Shown here piece after piece: positions 19,936 to 29,880 of a stretch of DNA of 64,000 nt. The DNA comes from a virus, in IMG/VR virus record IMGVR_UViG_3300023202_000205, positions 96,001-160,000 of that record. One strand, given 5' to 3'. Numbering within the stretch: position 1 is the first letter of the stretch; the number at the start of each line of letters is the position of its first letter. The notes under the pieces were generated by a model. It worked only from the letters and a program-made list of their open reading frames with translations. It ran no database searches and was not told the origin of the DNA. A program made the position numbers and the translations under genes.

Positions 19936-21932
19936 TATTACTCGTGGTGACTCTCGATCACTCGACGAGACGCTTCGACCCAGTTATCTATGGCCTCTCG
20001 CATCTCCTGGCGGACCTCACTCAGCACCTCAGCGTGTTGGTCGTCATCCCCCTCAGAAACCACGTCCGCAATCCGACGTGTTAGTAATACGTCGAACAAC
20101 CCTACGTGGTCCCGCAAGAACCGAGCACACCCGAGGGCGGCCTGGTCCAGCTGCTCGGCACTCTGCTGGGTTGCACCGTGGTACGCCTCCGCGTCGAGCT
20201 CAGCAGCTCGATGAGGATCTCCTTCTGATGGCATTTGTAGCTCCAAGTAAGGTAAGTGGTTAGGTGTTTCCGTCATCAAATAAATCAAGGACCAGGCTCT
20301 GGATCTTTTCACGGACATCCCGCGCCTCCGGAAGTGGTTCCGGTTCCCCCAACTGGTTGTGTGGTGCTGTCGCAAACTCCCATAGAATTAACAACCTCTC
20401 ACGGAGGTCCTCTGAGTACTGCTCCTGATTCTCCAAACAATCCTGTAACCGCTCTATCTCCTGAGCAGCTTGCACCATCTGCTGACAGCAGATGTCTCGT
20501 TCCCAGGGCTCTCCGTCAGTCGCTCCGAGACCTACTGACGCCCGTAGTTTCTGTACTAGACTCACCGCTCAGCCTCCTTTTGCCATTTCCGGGCGTACTG
20601 CAGCGCCCTCCGCAGGGCACTCTCGATGCCCTCAGAGGTCCCGTCGTGCTCCACCTGCACATCCGCGAGGGCCCGGGATATGCTGACACGGTCTGACTTT
20701 CTCCAGAAAATAACGGACACTTCTGATGCATCTATTTCGATCTCGGCCTCTCCTGACCGACTGCCTAACTGGATAGCTTCTGAAACCAGGTCTGAGAGAG
20801 TCCTTTGTTCATCCCCCAGCACATTGTGGTCGCACATTAAACGCCCCTTTCTTCACTCAACTGCTCGGTGACCTGCTCTGCGAATGCGAATATATGCTCG
20901 ACGACACCATCGCCGAAGTCTACGTGCGCTCGTTTCGACCGTAACGCCCAAGGACATCCTCCAGTCATGGCAGGTTCCGCCGCCACACTCCTTGAATCGC
21001 TTTCGCGACCGCGCGATTTAAATCTATCGTAACAGGCATTCTTATCTCCCCCGGCGTTTATGCTTCTTCATTTTCTTGCGGCGGGCTCTGGCCGCCCGAC
21101 GCTTCTGCTTCCCCAGCAAGCTATGATTATGACCCCAGGGCTTTGACGGTAGAGGTGCCACATAACCCGGCTGTGCCTTCAGCACGAACGGCCTATCCCC
21201 CTGTTCACGCCGCCTCCTCATCTCCAGGCCAAGAACACGCTCGAGGATAAGGACACGCTCGCGCTTAGTTAGATGTCCCGCCATCAGCTTTGCTCCGTCT
21301 CCGGCTCATGTCCGGTAGATAGTGGGCGATCTGCTCAGCCCAGGTTCGCCCCGTCAGGTTCCCCGTCGCCTGCATGTAGCCACAGGCAAAGAAAATCTGG
21401 TCCGGTTCGACGCCGGTCAGTTCGTCGACGAGCTCTCGTGTCCCGTCTTTGAAGAAATGTCCGAAGTCGCACTCGACCACCCATTCCACAGGATCGATGC
21501 CTAAGATCTCAAGGGCATCGAGCAGCGGATAGACATTCTCCCACCATTCGTAGGCCACTCCCGCACCCCCTGACAGGTCGCACTCACCGAGCTTGATGTG
21601 ACGGATTGCTAGCAGCATGTGAGCAATCTCGTCATACGACCGGTCGGACAACCCCTCCTTGATAGATTGGGCGACGAACCGCTCGTCTGGATCGAGTTTT
21701 ATACGCAAAAGCGTATCGACAAATTCATGCGTGCTCTCTATATGCATTGTCAGATCTCCTGTATAGTCTATCTGTTCTGTCACCAAAGCGCCCACTAGGC
21801 TATCAAGGCTTAGACAGAGCTACTCGTCAACAGCTCCCACCCCTATCTGCCCGAGACGATAGGGACCTTCTTAAGACGGGCTCACCTAGTGAGCGCTTTG
21901 GTGACAGAAATATGGTGTTTGTAGAAATCAAG

Positions 21933-21969
21933 AGAAAGGGCCGGCAAGTACCGGCCCTTTCTGCTTTTC
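21933..21969. terminator. intrinsic terminator, likely bidirectional
   Basis: agaaagggccgg/ccggccctttct stem. Confidence 0.75.
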
Positions 21970-21977
21970 TTTATCTA

Positions 21978-22424
21978 TCAGTCGATTACCCGCCTTTTGG
22001 TACGGAGGTCGACCTGATAGGTGATCAAGTAGATCCCTTCCTGGAACACGTGATCGTCATGCTCGGGATGTGCCAGCGTCCACTCACCTGTCGCCTCGAT
22101 CACCGGCCCCAGGCATTCCTGGCGCATAGCGGGATCATCACGAAAAAGATCGACTGGACACGCCTCCGCCGCCCGGGCAGCATCGTCGGGCCAGAAAATG
22201 CGAACGGGACCTTGCGCGTGATGCCGGGACCCGACGGTCTGGCCGAGAGCCACCTGCCTGGACTGCTCAGTATTTTCGACGTTCCACGCCGCCGGGCGTT
22301 TGGAGATGGGGTGACAGTAAACATCCCCCTGATGGCCCGCAGCATCCTTGTCATGCTTACGAACCTCCTGCTGGACCTTCGCGGCCTTGTCGTTCAGTTC
22401 CTTGATGTGTTCTTGGACGTTCAT
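21978..22424 (-). CDS. small His-motif protein of the type that accompanies DUF6745 genes
   Basis: HQGDV...VALGQTVGSRHH...LAHPEH...GIYLITYQ. Confidence 0.7.
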   Translation of the reverse strand: MNVQEHIKELNDKAAKVQQEVRKHDKDAAGHQGDVYCHPISKRPAAWNVENTEQSRQVALGQTVGSRHHAQGPVRIFWPDDAARAAEACPVDLFRDDPAMRQECLGPVIEATGEWTLAHPEHDDHVFQEGIYLITYQVDLRTKRRVID

Positions 22425-22440
22425 GTCTCTCCTCTAATTC

Positions 22441-25089
22441 CTAGCTCTGGTGAGCTATGGTGGTCTCGTCGAAACCACAGATGGATTCGTGAGCTTCGCG
22501 ACACGTTGTCGCGTTAGCGTCGACAGGCATGGCGTACACCCGGCCAGTCGAGTTATCTGAGCCATACAGATATTGGTCTGCGTGCATGTCCTGAACCAGG
22601 ATACGGGGAAGACCGTGGTACATGTCCGAGTCAACTAATTTAGTATCGGTATCCCCTAGATATCGCTCAATCCCGTATCGTTCGATCAATACACGACGCA
22701 CCTCTGCGTTTACTTCTCCCCCAATCTCTTCGAGGGTTATCAAGTGAGGTTCCATGATCACGTGTTCTTTCACCCGCACACCATGCCAGTGATATAACGA
22801 CCACCCGTCCCGCCACCTATGCGAAGGACCTTCCTCACAATGTGCGCGGTTTTGCCTGTCTGTAAAGACTACCTCGGGGTTTTCACTTACTACACAGAAC
22901 TTTTCATGAAAACACTGAAAACCACCCTCAGCCGCATCCTCGTAATGTCTCCACTTCTCATACTCCGGGAGATCCAACCAACCCATCTCCCGGAAAGCTG
23001 TGATGAAAGTAATCCAACCGCCCCACGTGCGGCCTCCCTGGTAAACACGGCCCCACTTAGTGGCACAGCCAACAGCATTCTTTATAGAAATGCCAGTCCT
23101 ACAACAGAACAAAGCAACGCCGCATAACACCTGCGAAAGAGTATCCTTTGACCACTTAACCTCTTTCGCCTTACTCATTTCAGCATACACAGCTTCGCGG
23201 GTGGCGTCGCCCACAGCTTCGTGGGTGGCGTCGGACACAGCTCTGAGGGTGGCTTCGTCCACAGCTCTGTGGGTGGCGTCGGACACAGCTCTGAGGGTGG
23301 CGTCGGACACAGCTCTGAGGGTGGCAGCATACACAGCTTCGCGGGTGGCGTCGTCCACAGCTTCGCGGGTGGCGTCGTGCACAGCTCTGTGGGTGGCGTT
23401 GTGCACAGCTCTGAGGGTAGCGTCGGACACAGCTCTGTGGGTGGCTTCGATCACAACATCGCCGGTGACGGCATACACAGCTTCGCGGGTGGCTTCGTCC
23501 ACAGCTCTGTGGGTGGCGGCATACACAGCTTCGCGGGTGGCTTCGTGCACAGCTCCGAGGGTGGCGTCACCCACAGCTTCGCGGGTGACGTCGTCCACAG
23601 CTCTGTAGGTGGCTAAGTCCACAGCTTCGCGGGTGGCAGCGAACACAGCTTCGCGGGTGGCGTCGTCCACAGCTTCGTAGGTGGCGGTGTCCACAGCTTC
23701 GTGGGTGGCGTCGTCCACAGCTTCGTGGGTGGCGTCGTCCACAGCTCTGAGGGTGGCGTCGTGCACAGCTTTGCGGGTGGCGTCGCTCACAGCTCTGAGG
23801 GTGGCGTCGTGCACAGCTTCGAGGGTGGCGTCGTCCACAGCTCTGTAGGTGGCTAAGTCCACAGCTCTGAGGGTGGCGTTGTGCACAGCTTCATGGGTGG
23901 CGTTGTGCACAGCTTCGCCGGTGGCGTCGTTCACAGCTCTGAGGGTGGCGATGTCCACAGCTTCGAGGGTGGCGTCGTGCACAGCTCTGTAGGTGGCGTT
24001 GTGCACAGCTATGCGGGTGGCGTCGTCCACAGCTTCTTGGGTGGCGTCGCCCACAGCTTCGTGGGTGGCTTCGTGCACAGCTTCGCGGGTGGCGTCGTGC
24101 ACAGCTCTGTGGGTGGCGTTGTGCACAGCTCTGAGGGTAGCGTCGGACACAGCTCTGTGGGTGGCGTCGTCCACAGCTCTGCGGGTAGCGTCGGACACAG
24201 CTCTGTGGGTGGCGAAGTGCACAGCTCTGAGGGTGGCGTCGTCCACAGCTCTGCGGATGGCGATGTGCACAGCTTCGCGGGTGGCGTCGCCCACAGCGTC
24301 GGACACAGCTTCGCGGGTGGCGTCGTCCACAGCTCTGTGGGTGGCAGCGAACACAGCTCTGAGGGTGGCAGCGAACACAGCTTCGCGGGTGGCGGTGTCC
24401 ACAGCTCCGAGGGTGGCGTCGTCCACAGCTTCGTAGGTGGCGTCGCCCACAGCTTCGTGGGTGGCGGCATACACAGCTTCGCGGGTGGCTTCGTCCACAG
24501 CTCTGTGGGTGGCGGCATACACAGCTTCGCGGGTGGCGTCGGACACAGCTCTGAGGGTGGCGTCGGACACAGCTCTGAGGGTGGCAGCGAACACAGCTTC
24601 GCGGGTGGTGGCGTCCACAGCTTCGTGGATGGCTTCGTGCACAGCTTCGTGGGTGGCGTCGTCCACAGCTCTGTAGGTGGCTAAGTCCACAGCTCTGAGG
24701 GTGGCGTTGTGCACAGCTTCATGGGTGGCGTTGTGCACAGCTTCGCCGGTGGCGTCGTTCACAGCTCTGAGGGTGGCGTCGTGCACAGCTTCGAGGGTGG
24801 TGTCGTGCACAGCATCGCGGGTGGAAGGCCTCGGCATAGACTTAGAGGACTCCTGCCCCTGACGATACCACCACAAGGCAGCCGTACCATAAACCAATGC
24901 CATCTGCAGGGGGCTATCAACAATCACTACTTTCGGTTCCGATAGTCCTGCAGATTCGTATAACCCTCGAATACCGCTGATAACGCGGTCCCGATCACAA
25001 CGCTCGGTAGAGCGCGTATGTTCGATCCACTTTTCTGTATGTTTCTTCAGGTTCTCGTAGTCCTGTTCCGTTAAGTCAAGGTGCAGCAT
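22441..25089 (-). CDS. DUF6745-like protein with a large internal 8-aa repeat tract
   Basis: N-term EKWI..TRST...GLYESAGL..P.VVIVDSP; C-term HCEEGPS..WRDGWSLYHWHGVRV...NAEVRRVLIERYG; ATG at 25089 has an AAGGAG RBS. Confidence 0.8.
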   Translation of the reverse strand: MLHLDLTEQDYENLKKHTEKWIEHTRSTERCDRDRVISGIRGLYESAGLSEPKVVIVDSPLQMALVYGTAALWWYRQGQESSKSMPRPSTRDAVHDTTLEAVHDATLRAVNDATGEAVHNATHEAVHNATLRAVDLATYRAVDDATHEAVHEAIHEAVDATTREAVFAATLRAVSDATLRAVSDATREAVYAATHRAVDEATREAVYAATHEAVGDATYEAVDDATLGAVDTATREAVFAATLRAVFAATHRAVDDATREAVSDAVGDATREAVHIAIRRAVDDATLRAVHFATHRAVSDATRRAVDDATHRAVSDATLRAVHNATHRAVHDATREAVHEATHEAVGDATQEAVDDATRIAVHNATYRAVHDATLEAVDIATLRAVNDATGEAVHNATHEAVHNATLRAVDLATYRAVDDATLEAVHDATLRAVSDATRKAVHDATLRAVDDATHEAVDDATHEAVDTATYEAVDDATREAVFAATREAVDLATYRAVDDVTREAVGDATLGAVHEATREAVYAATHRAVDEATREAVYAVTGDVVIEATHRAVSDATLRAVHNATHRAVHDATREAVDDATREAVYAATLRAVSDATLRAVSDATHRAVDEATLRAVSDATHEAVGDATREAVYAEMSKAKEVKWSKDTLSQVLCGVALFCCRTGISIKNAVGCATKWGRVYQGGRTWGGWITFITAFREMGWLDLPEYEKWRHYEDAAEGGFQCFHEKFCVVSENPEVVFTDRQNRAHCEEGPSHRWRDGWSLYHWHGVRVKEHVIMEPHLITLEEIGGEVNAEVRRVLIERYGIERYLGDTDTKLVDSDMYHGLPRILVQDMHADQYLYGSDNSTGRVYAMPVDANATTCREAHESICGFDETTIAHQS
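23182..24823 (-). repeat. about 67 tandem 24-bp units, GCTGTG-N6-GCCACC-N6 (AVxxATxx)
   Basis: Counted from the translation; one half-unit and longer internal block duplications. Confidence 0.95.
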
Positions 25090-25381
25090 TGTGCACTCCT
25101 TTCCTGTAGAGCAGGGAACGGCTCTTACCGTCCCTTGCAGTTTTCTAGAATAGCTGATAGTTTTCAAACAACCAGCATAGAAGGGTCACTAGAGAGTATC
25201 GTCATAAGTCGTGTGTCTGTAGGGGTTTACGTACCCCGCGATACCAGACCTTATCAGCCCTCCCAAAACAACCCCACTTTACCCATCTTTCTGACACATG
25301 TCGCCACAGACGACAAAACCCCATTATCCAAATAACACCCCTTTGATCACTTTTTGAGCGATAACAAAACGACTCTTTGAG

Positions 25382-25786
25382 TCAGGCTCTCTTACTCACT
25401 AGATCGATCAGGTGATCCACGCGAGCATCCTTTCCCCGCAAGCCCTGTAGGTACTCGCTGATCCTCTGAGCGTTCTTCAACTGGTGATTATGGGGTTCCG
25501 GCCTCCCCTCCTGGCCACAATTGAGAAACTCAGCACGAAAGAATGCCCACGACCGTTCCGTCAGCAGCCAGTGAAGCAATCCCGTGAAAGCCTGCTCTGT
25601 AGGCGACAGCGTCTCCTCAGTGGGGGCGGGCTCTGGTGCTTGGTAGTCCTGTGAGGCCTCCCTCCTAGCCTGTGAGGCCTCCCTACTAGCTTGCTCCTCG
25701 ACCCAGGACAGCTTGTTGGACAGCTCCCTTAGTGCCTCTCTGACCTCTCTGACTGAGTGAAGGTTCTTTTCCGGATCCTGAGACAT
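25382..25786 (-). CDS. hypothetical protein
   Basis: Internal ATG (MSQDPEK) with AGGAGG RBS within ORF 25382-25918. Confidence 0.55.
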   Translation of the reverse strand: MSQDPEKNLHSVREVREALRELSNKLSWVEEQASREASQARREASQDYQAPEPAPTEETLSPTEQAFTGLLHWLLTERSWAFFRAEFLNCGQEGRPEPHNHQLKNAQRISEYLQGLRGKDARVDHLIDLVSKRA

Positions 25787-25797
25787 GAAGAGCCTCC

Positions 25798-26691
25798 TTA
25801 GTTGGGCAGCTTGGCGTAAGGGAACTGCTGCTTGATCTCCTCCACGGTGGAGACCGTTACCGGGCGTTGCCAGGGGATCTGGAACACTTTGGCGACACGA
25901 TGCAGTCCTGCTCCCCACGTCTCAGGGTCCATGCAGTCGTGCAAGCAGGTGAGTTGGTACAGCATCTTCAGGGTTCTGGGGTCGTGCATATTCACTCCCG
26001 ACTCCCTCAGGGCGCTCTGCAGGGCAGGACTGGCGAGATTACACGAATGCTGCACGTGACCCTCGAGGTACTGTTCGTCGAGGGCGAAGCCGATAGCATG
26101 CTTGTATCCCTCCTCGGAGACGAGAACTGAAGACGGCCCATAACTGGGTGAGTAGTAGATCGCTTTGGCATTCTGCCGCAGCAGGCCCTCAGCAATGCGG
26201 TAGAAGAGTTGTTTGAGTGTAAGCATGATAATGCCTCCTTTGTGACTAATGGGTGAATAGACAATGACCTGGAACAACAACGTCGTTGCTCAGGCTGAGA
26301 CTGATTCTGGTGACCAGTCGATCTGGTAGGAGCGGGCGAGCAGCAGGAGCCGATCGGGCCACTCCCTGGGAGAAAAACGGTCGTGGATGATCTGCAGGGA
26401 GATCACCAACTCACGGGTCCGGCGATCTTCGAAATCAACGCCAGAAGCCACCAGAGCAGCCTTCAGAGGCTCTGACTCTGGGTTGGTGGGGTTGACTCGG
26501 GTAAGTGGGACCTCCTCGAAAGAGCTGTGGTAATGCTGGTCGTCGATCAGAAGACCGACGCTGACCGGCTTGCCACGCCTCGTACGGTACCGTCGGACCT
26601 GGCGGTGCGCGGTTCCCACTGGCACCACGCGACCCTCCTTGAGGAGATGATCGGCGACTTTCGTGAATATCTGAGTAGCAGATTTTGCCAT
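25798..26691 (-). other. two paralogous phage hypothetical genes (25798-26280, 26290-26691)
   Basis: Shared QxFxxxAxxLL...GxxxD...AL..SGV...RT..L..L..xHD....W pattern. Confidence 0.65.
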
Positions 26692-26726
26692 GTCTCGAAT
26701 TCCTTGAAGACAGAGTGATAGACGAA

Positions 26727-26750
26727 CACCCCACGCAAAAACGTGGGGTG
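26727..26750. terminator. GC hairpin, possible terminator
   Basis: caccccacg/cgtggggtg. Confidence 0.45.
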
Positions 26751-27286
26751 CTGTTCCGAGGTGTTTGTGAAAACTCGGGTTAGGACTTTTTTGAGCTGTG
26801 AACTAGCTCAGCGCGATGGGCTTATCGTCCAGTAATAGACGACGGTGTGGGAGAAATGATAATCAGAGCCACACACCTCACACATGGGAAGGCAGTTCCA
26901 GCCATCCGCGAGAGTGTCTGAGGGGGTCATCTTTATGACGGGCTCCTCATTTGTACAAAGACAGCTGCTCTCAAAAACAAGTAGCACGTCCGTGTCATCG
27001 ACACGGGCTGGAAGACGTTCCATGGTCAGATCCTTTCCAGGCTCGTAAGTGGTCTCGGATGTACTCCCTAACAGCCCATTCACCACACTCCAAGGTGTCC
27101 GATGGAACCGTCAATGAGAGTACCCCATAACGTTTCCGCCATTTCTTGTTGATGCGCTTCTTCGGGTGGGATCGGACCTGAACGTCCACGCGATGGTCAG
27201 TTTCCATAGTACCTCCTCGCAGTTGGTTAGTAACTTCGCGGAAAAAGGAGAAAAACCAAAAGAATAGCAGTGACGATCGTCATGAA

Positions 27287-27472
27287 TATGTCAAATCCAG
27301 TGACGCCCGCGTAGCCCGCAGATTGGCTCTGTATGATCACAATCAAAAACCAAACCGCTAAAAGCAGCCCAGCTAGGATTATGTCAAATCCAGTGACGCC
27401 CGCGTAGCCCGCAGATTGGCTCTGTATGATCACAATCAAAAACCAAACCGCTAAAAGCAGCCCAGCTAGGAT
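27287..27472. repeat. exact 93-bp tandem duplication inside a small membrane-protein ORF
   Basis: Two identical copies, 31 codons in frame (ILAGLLLAVWFLIVIIQSQSAGYAGVTGFDI). Confidence 0.9.
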
Positions 27473-28143
27473 GGGGTGCCGAGATTTGATGGCTCACCCT
27501 CCTGTTCAGCCTGGCCTTCCTCGTTTTTACGAACGAGTGCCTTGTGGATCGTCGACGTCTCCTCCCGCCACTGCTGGATCTTGCCCAGGACATAACTCAA
27601 TTGAGTAGTACCGCTCCGAGAGTAATGCTCCGCACCCGCCTCATTCCAAGGCATGGGCCAGAGACAAGCCCCACCACCACGGGCCCGGAACTGCTGGACG
27701 TGACGCATACTATCGTCGATCAGAAACGTCAGAGGGCCCGCCGCAGCTGCCTTCCTCGGCGTGATCATGAAATCTCGGAAAAACCGATTACAGAAAAAAT
27801 CCTGCAACCACTGGACCTTTCCACCCGCAGCCGAAGGGTCCACGCTGGGAGACGTGCAAATCACTACCCGACAAGAGGTTGTGTCATGTAAGGTGTTGAA
27901 CAGCATTCTCGCCCACGGGAGAGGCTCCAGGTTGCTCCAAAAAGCGGCTCCCTGGGCATGAAGCGTATCCCACATATCGCTTTGCGTTTCCCAACCGAAA
28001 TGCTTTTCGACACCCCAGTCAGGTGGTGGGTTGTGAAAGTGGTCCGAATCCCGGTTCTGGGATGCGTAGCCCGCGACGGCTTTGACGAAATTGGTCAAAA
28101 CACCATCCATGTCCAAAAGGATCACTCGCTCACCCTTGTTCAT
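27466..28143 (-). CDS. HAD-family 5'(3')-deoxyribonucleotidase (NT5C-like)
   Basis: LLDMDGVL, FWSNLEP, GKVQWL, LIDDS. Confidence 0.85.
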   Translation of the reverse strand: MNKGERVILLDMDGVLTNFVKAVAGYASQNRDSDHFHNPPPDWGVEKHFGWETQSDMWDTLHAQGAAFWSNLEPLPWARMLFNTLHDTTSCRVVICTSPSVDPSAAGGKVQWLQDFFCNRFFRDFMITPRKAAAAGPLTFLIDDSMRHVQQFRARGGGACLWPMPWNEAGAEHYSRSGTTQLSYVLGKIQQWREETSTIHKALVRKNEEGQAEQEGEPSNLGTPS

Positions 28144-28949
28144 TCGTCACCCTTCCCAAAAGTGGCTTTGCTCAGATACTCGGCCAGAAACGGGTTTTCC
28201 ATCCGAGACACCTGGCCCCTCGCGTGAACTCGCAGATCCCGCTCCCGCATCGGCGTAATACGACCCCTGAGGACCTCGCAGCGCAAAAACAGCAAATACG
28301 TATCCAGAGCGTCGCACATGGCGTAATTGAAGATCTGCTGTTGTTTTCCATCCTGCCACATCTGAAAAACCTGAGACCCGTCAATACCCATGCTCTTACC
28401 TGCTCCTCCGGCAAAGTAAGCAAACATGTCCAACCCACCCGGAATTCGTTGACCGCCAAAATTCGAGATGAATTCCTGACAGTCGAAATGGGCGTCGGTA
28501 TTGAACCGATATCGGGGATGCTTGTAATTAGGCCCCTCCTGGGAAAACCAGTGCCGGGCTTCCTCAATACCGTAACGAAACGCATAGGTCTCCAAAACCG
28601 GCATATCGAAACCCCGACCGTTGTAGGTCACCAACGTTGGGCCACCATATTTCTCCCAGCCCCGCCAGAATTTGCGGGCAACCCCCTCAGGGCCACCCTC
28701 CAAATCGTGAACCGCCAAAACCTGCCTTAAACTCAGGTCAGGCCCAGCCTTGCAGAGGCCAATCGCAACAGGGCTGTGCCACGGAATCGGCAGAAACGTC
28801 GATTCCCCCAATTCCCGCTGCTCCTCCTGCCACGTAGTATAGAGATCCTCACCCCGCATAGTGCTACCGGGGTATTTGAAATCCCGCAGCAACTGGATAT
28901 CCGGAATGGTCTCAATGTCGAAAACGAAAATGTCAACGCCGTCCTTCAT
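28140..28949 (-). CDS. stand-alone PolB-type 3'-5' exonuclease
   Basis: FDIETIP (ExoI), TYNGRGFDMP (ExoII), Y...D (ExoIII); ATG at 28949 with GAGGAG RBS. Confidence 0.85.
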   Translation of the reverse strand: MKDGVDIFVFDIETIPDIQLLRDFKYPGSTMRGEDLYTTWQEEQRELGESTFLPIPWHSPVAIGLCKAGPDLSLRQVLAVHDLEGGPEGVARKFWRGWEKYGGPTLVTYNGRGFDMPVLETYAFRYGIEEARHWFSQEGPNYKHPRYRFNTDAHFDCQEFISNFGGQRIPGGLDMFAYFAGGAGKSMGIDGSQVFQMWQDGKQQQIFNYAMCDALDTYLLFLRCEVLRGRITPMRERDLRVHARGQVSRMENPFLAEYLSKATFGKGDE

Positions 28950-28967
28950 AGGGACTCCTCTCAAATT

Positions 28968-28983
28968 GTGTTCGCGCGAACAC
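28968..28983. promoter_or_regulatory. palindromic box, copy 5 (perfect palindrome)
   Basis: GTGTTCGCGCGAACAC about 18 nt upstream of the exonuclease ATG. Confidence 0.75.
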
Positions 28984-29113
28984 AGATCAGACTGTGCCCA
29001 AACCACCTCTGAAAAACTGATTCAGTCGAACCACAAGCAGATTGGCCTGGTTGATGAGTTTCATCGGAAGACTCCTACCGGTTTCCGGTTCAGATATCGA
29101 ATGTGCCTCGGGT

Positions 29114-29488
29114 TCAGTTCAACTCAGCCTGCTCCTTCCGAGCCTCACTGGTCAACTGCCTCAGGCGATTTTCGAACCGCCTCTTGGCTTCCTGGTCGAT
29201 CATCTCAACCAACTCCGTCTCCTGCATCTCCTCCTGACTGCAAACGAAAGCAGGCCCCACCAGCAAGCTGCCTACATGGCCAGAGAGAATAGCGGCGTAA
29301 GAGTTCAGGTCGAGATTCAGCAGTAGCCCCTCGTCGTCTACGTAGATGTCCCACCCACAGGCGGTGCCTTCAAGAATCGGAACTGCGCAGAAAAGCCCTG
29401 AAGGGAAAATCTGGTGTGTGTTGTTGAGTAGACGGTGGTGTTCCACGTGGAACATCACCTCTCCATTCGGCTCTATGATGAGTGCCAT
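29114..29488 (-). CDS. DUF3846-like protein
   Basis: ALIIEPNG...IYVDDEGLLLNLxLNxxA...LVGPA. Confidence 0.7.
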   Translation of the reverse strand: MALIIEPNGEVMFHVEHHRLLNNTHQIFPSGLFCAVPILEGTACGWDIYVDDEGLLLNLDLNSYAAILSGHVGSLLVGPAFVCSQEEMQETELVEMIDQEAKRRFENRLRQLTSEARKEQAELN

Positions 29489-29736
29489 GATGCTCTCTTT
29501 CTCAGCGAATAGGAGGCGCAGTCACGCTTTACGCGTCCTGCTCTCCTTCTTTTTCCTCTTGCTCTACAATCAGACGGTCCAACGCCTCGTTGAAACTCAT
29601 CCCCTCGGTCCGCAACTGGTCGAGCCGCTTGGCCAACTCCCTATCGGCCCCTACCCTGCGCCACATACCAATCCGCTCCGACCCGCTCCTGGCCCTCGGA
29701 GGTGGATCACCAAGGTCGTAACATATCTGGTAACCT

Positions 29737-29772
29737 GTCACAGATACCAAGCCGCTGAACGGGCATAGCGAG
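29737..29772 (-). repeat. solitary CRISPR repeat D
   Basis: 34/36 match to the array repeat. Confidence 0.85.
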
Positions 29773-29880
29773 CCGGCGAGATGGGTAGCGACGGAATCAG
29801 CCGTATCAGAGCTCCTCACACCAACTAGGTTGTCCGTAGTCCCGCAGTTTTGGAGCCCCGAGCCCAAAAACGTAGTCCAG

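Larger units (their letters stand above)
12250..21795 (-). other. block of about 25 small co-oriented hypothetical phage genes (e.g. 12719-13069, 13003-13422, 13419-14762, 15480-15779, 15776-16285, 16995-17321, 19558-19881, 20562-20837, 21265-21795)
   Basis: Dense minus-strand ORFs with overlapping stop/start codons and GGAG-type RBS; no function recognised. Confidence 0.6.

Noticed and set aside
23182-24823. Diversity-generating retroelement or CRISPR interpretation of the 24-bp tract
   Set aside because: Variation is not adenine-specific, there is no reverse transcriptase in the window, and units are contiguous coding repeats without unique spacers
23060-24945. Long plus-strand and alternative-frame ORFs (HSSVGG, ASSTAL and PPTEL repeats)
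   Set aside because: They arise because the 24-bp repeat lacks stops; only the AVxxATxx frame joins conserved flanking domains
29695-29740. 16S primer (1492R) contamination or an rRNA gene fragment
   Set aside because: Not an exact or collinear match, and flanked by phage sequence; kept only as a possible antisense element
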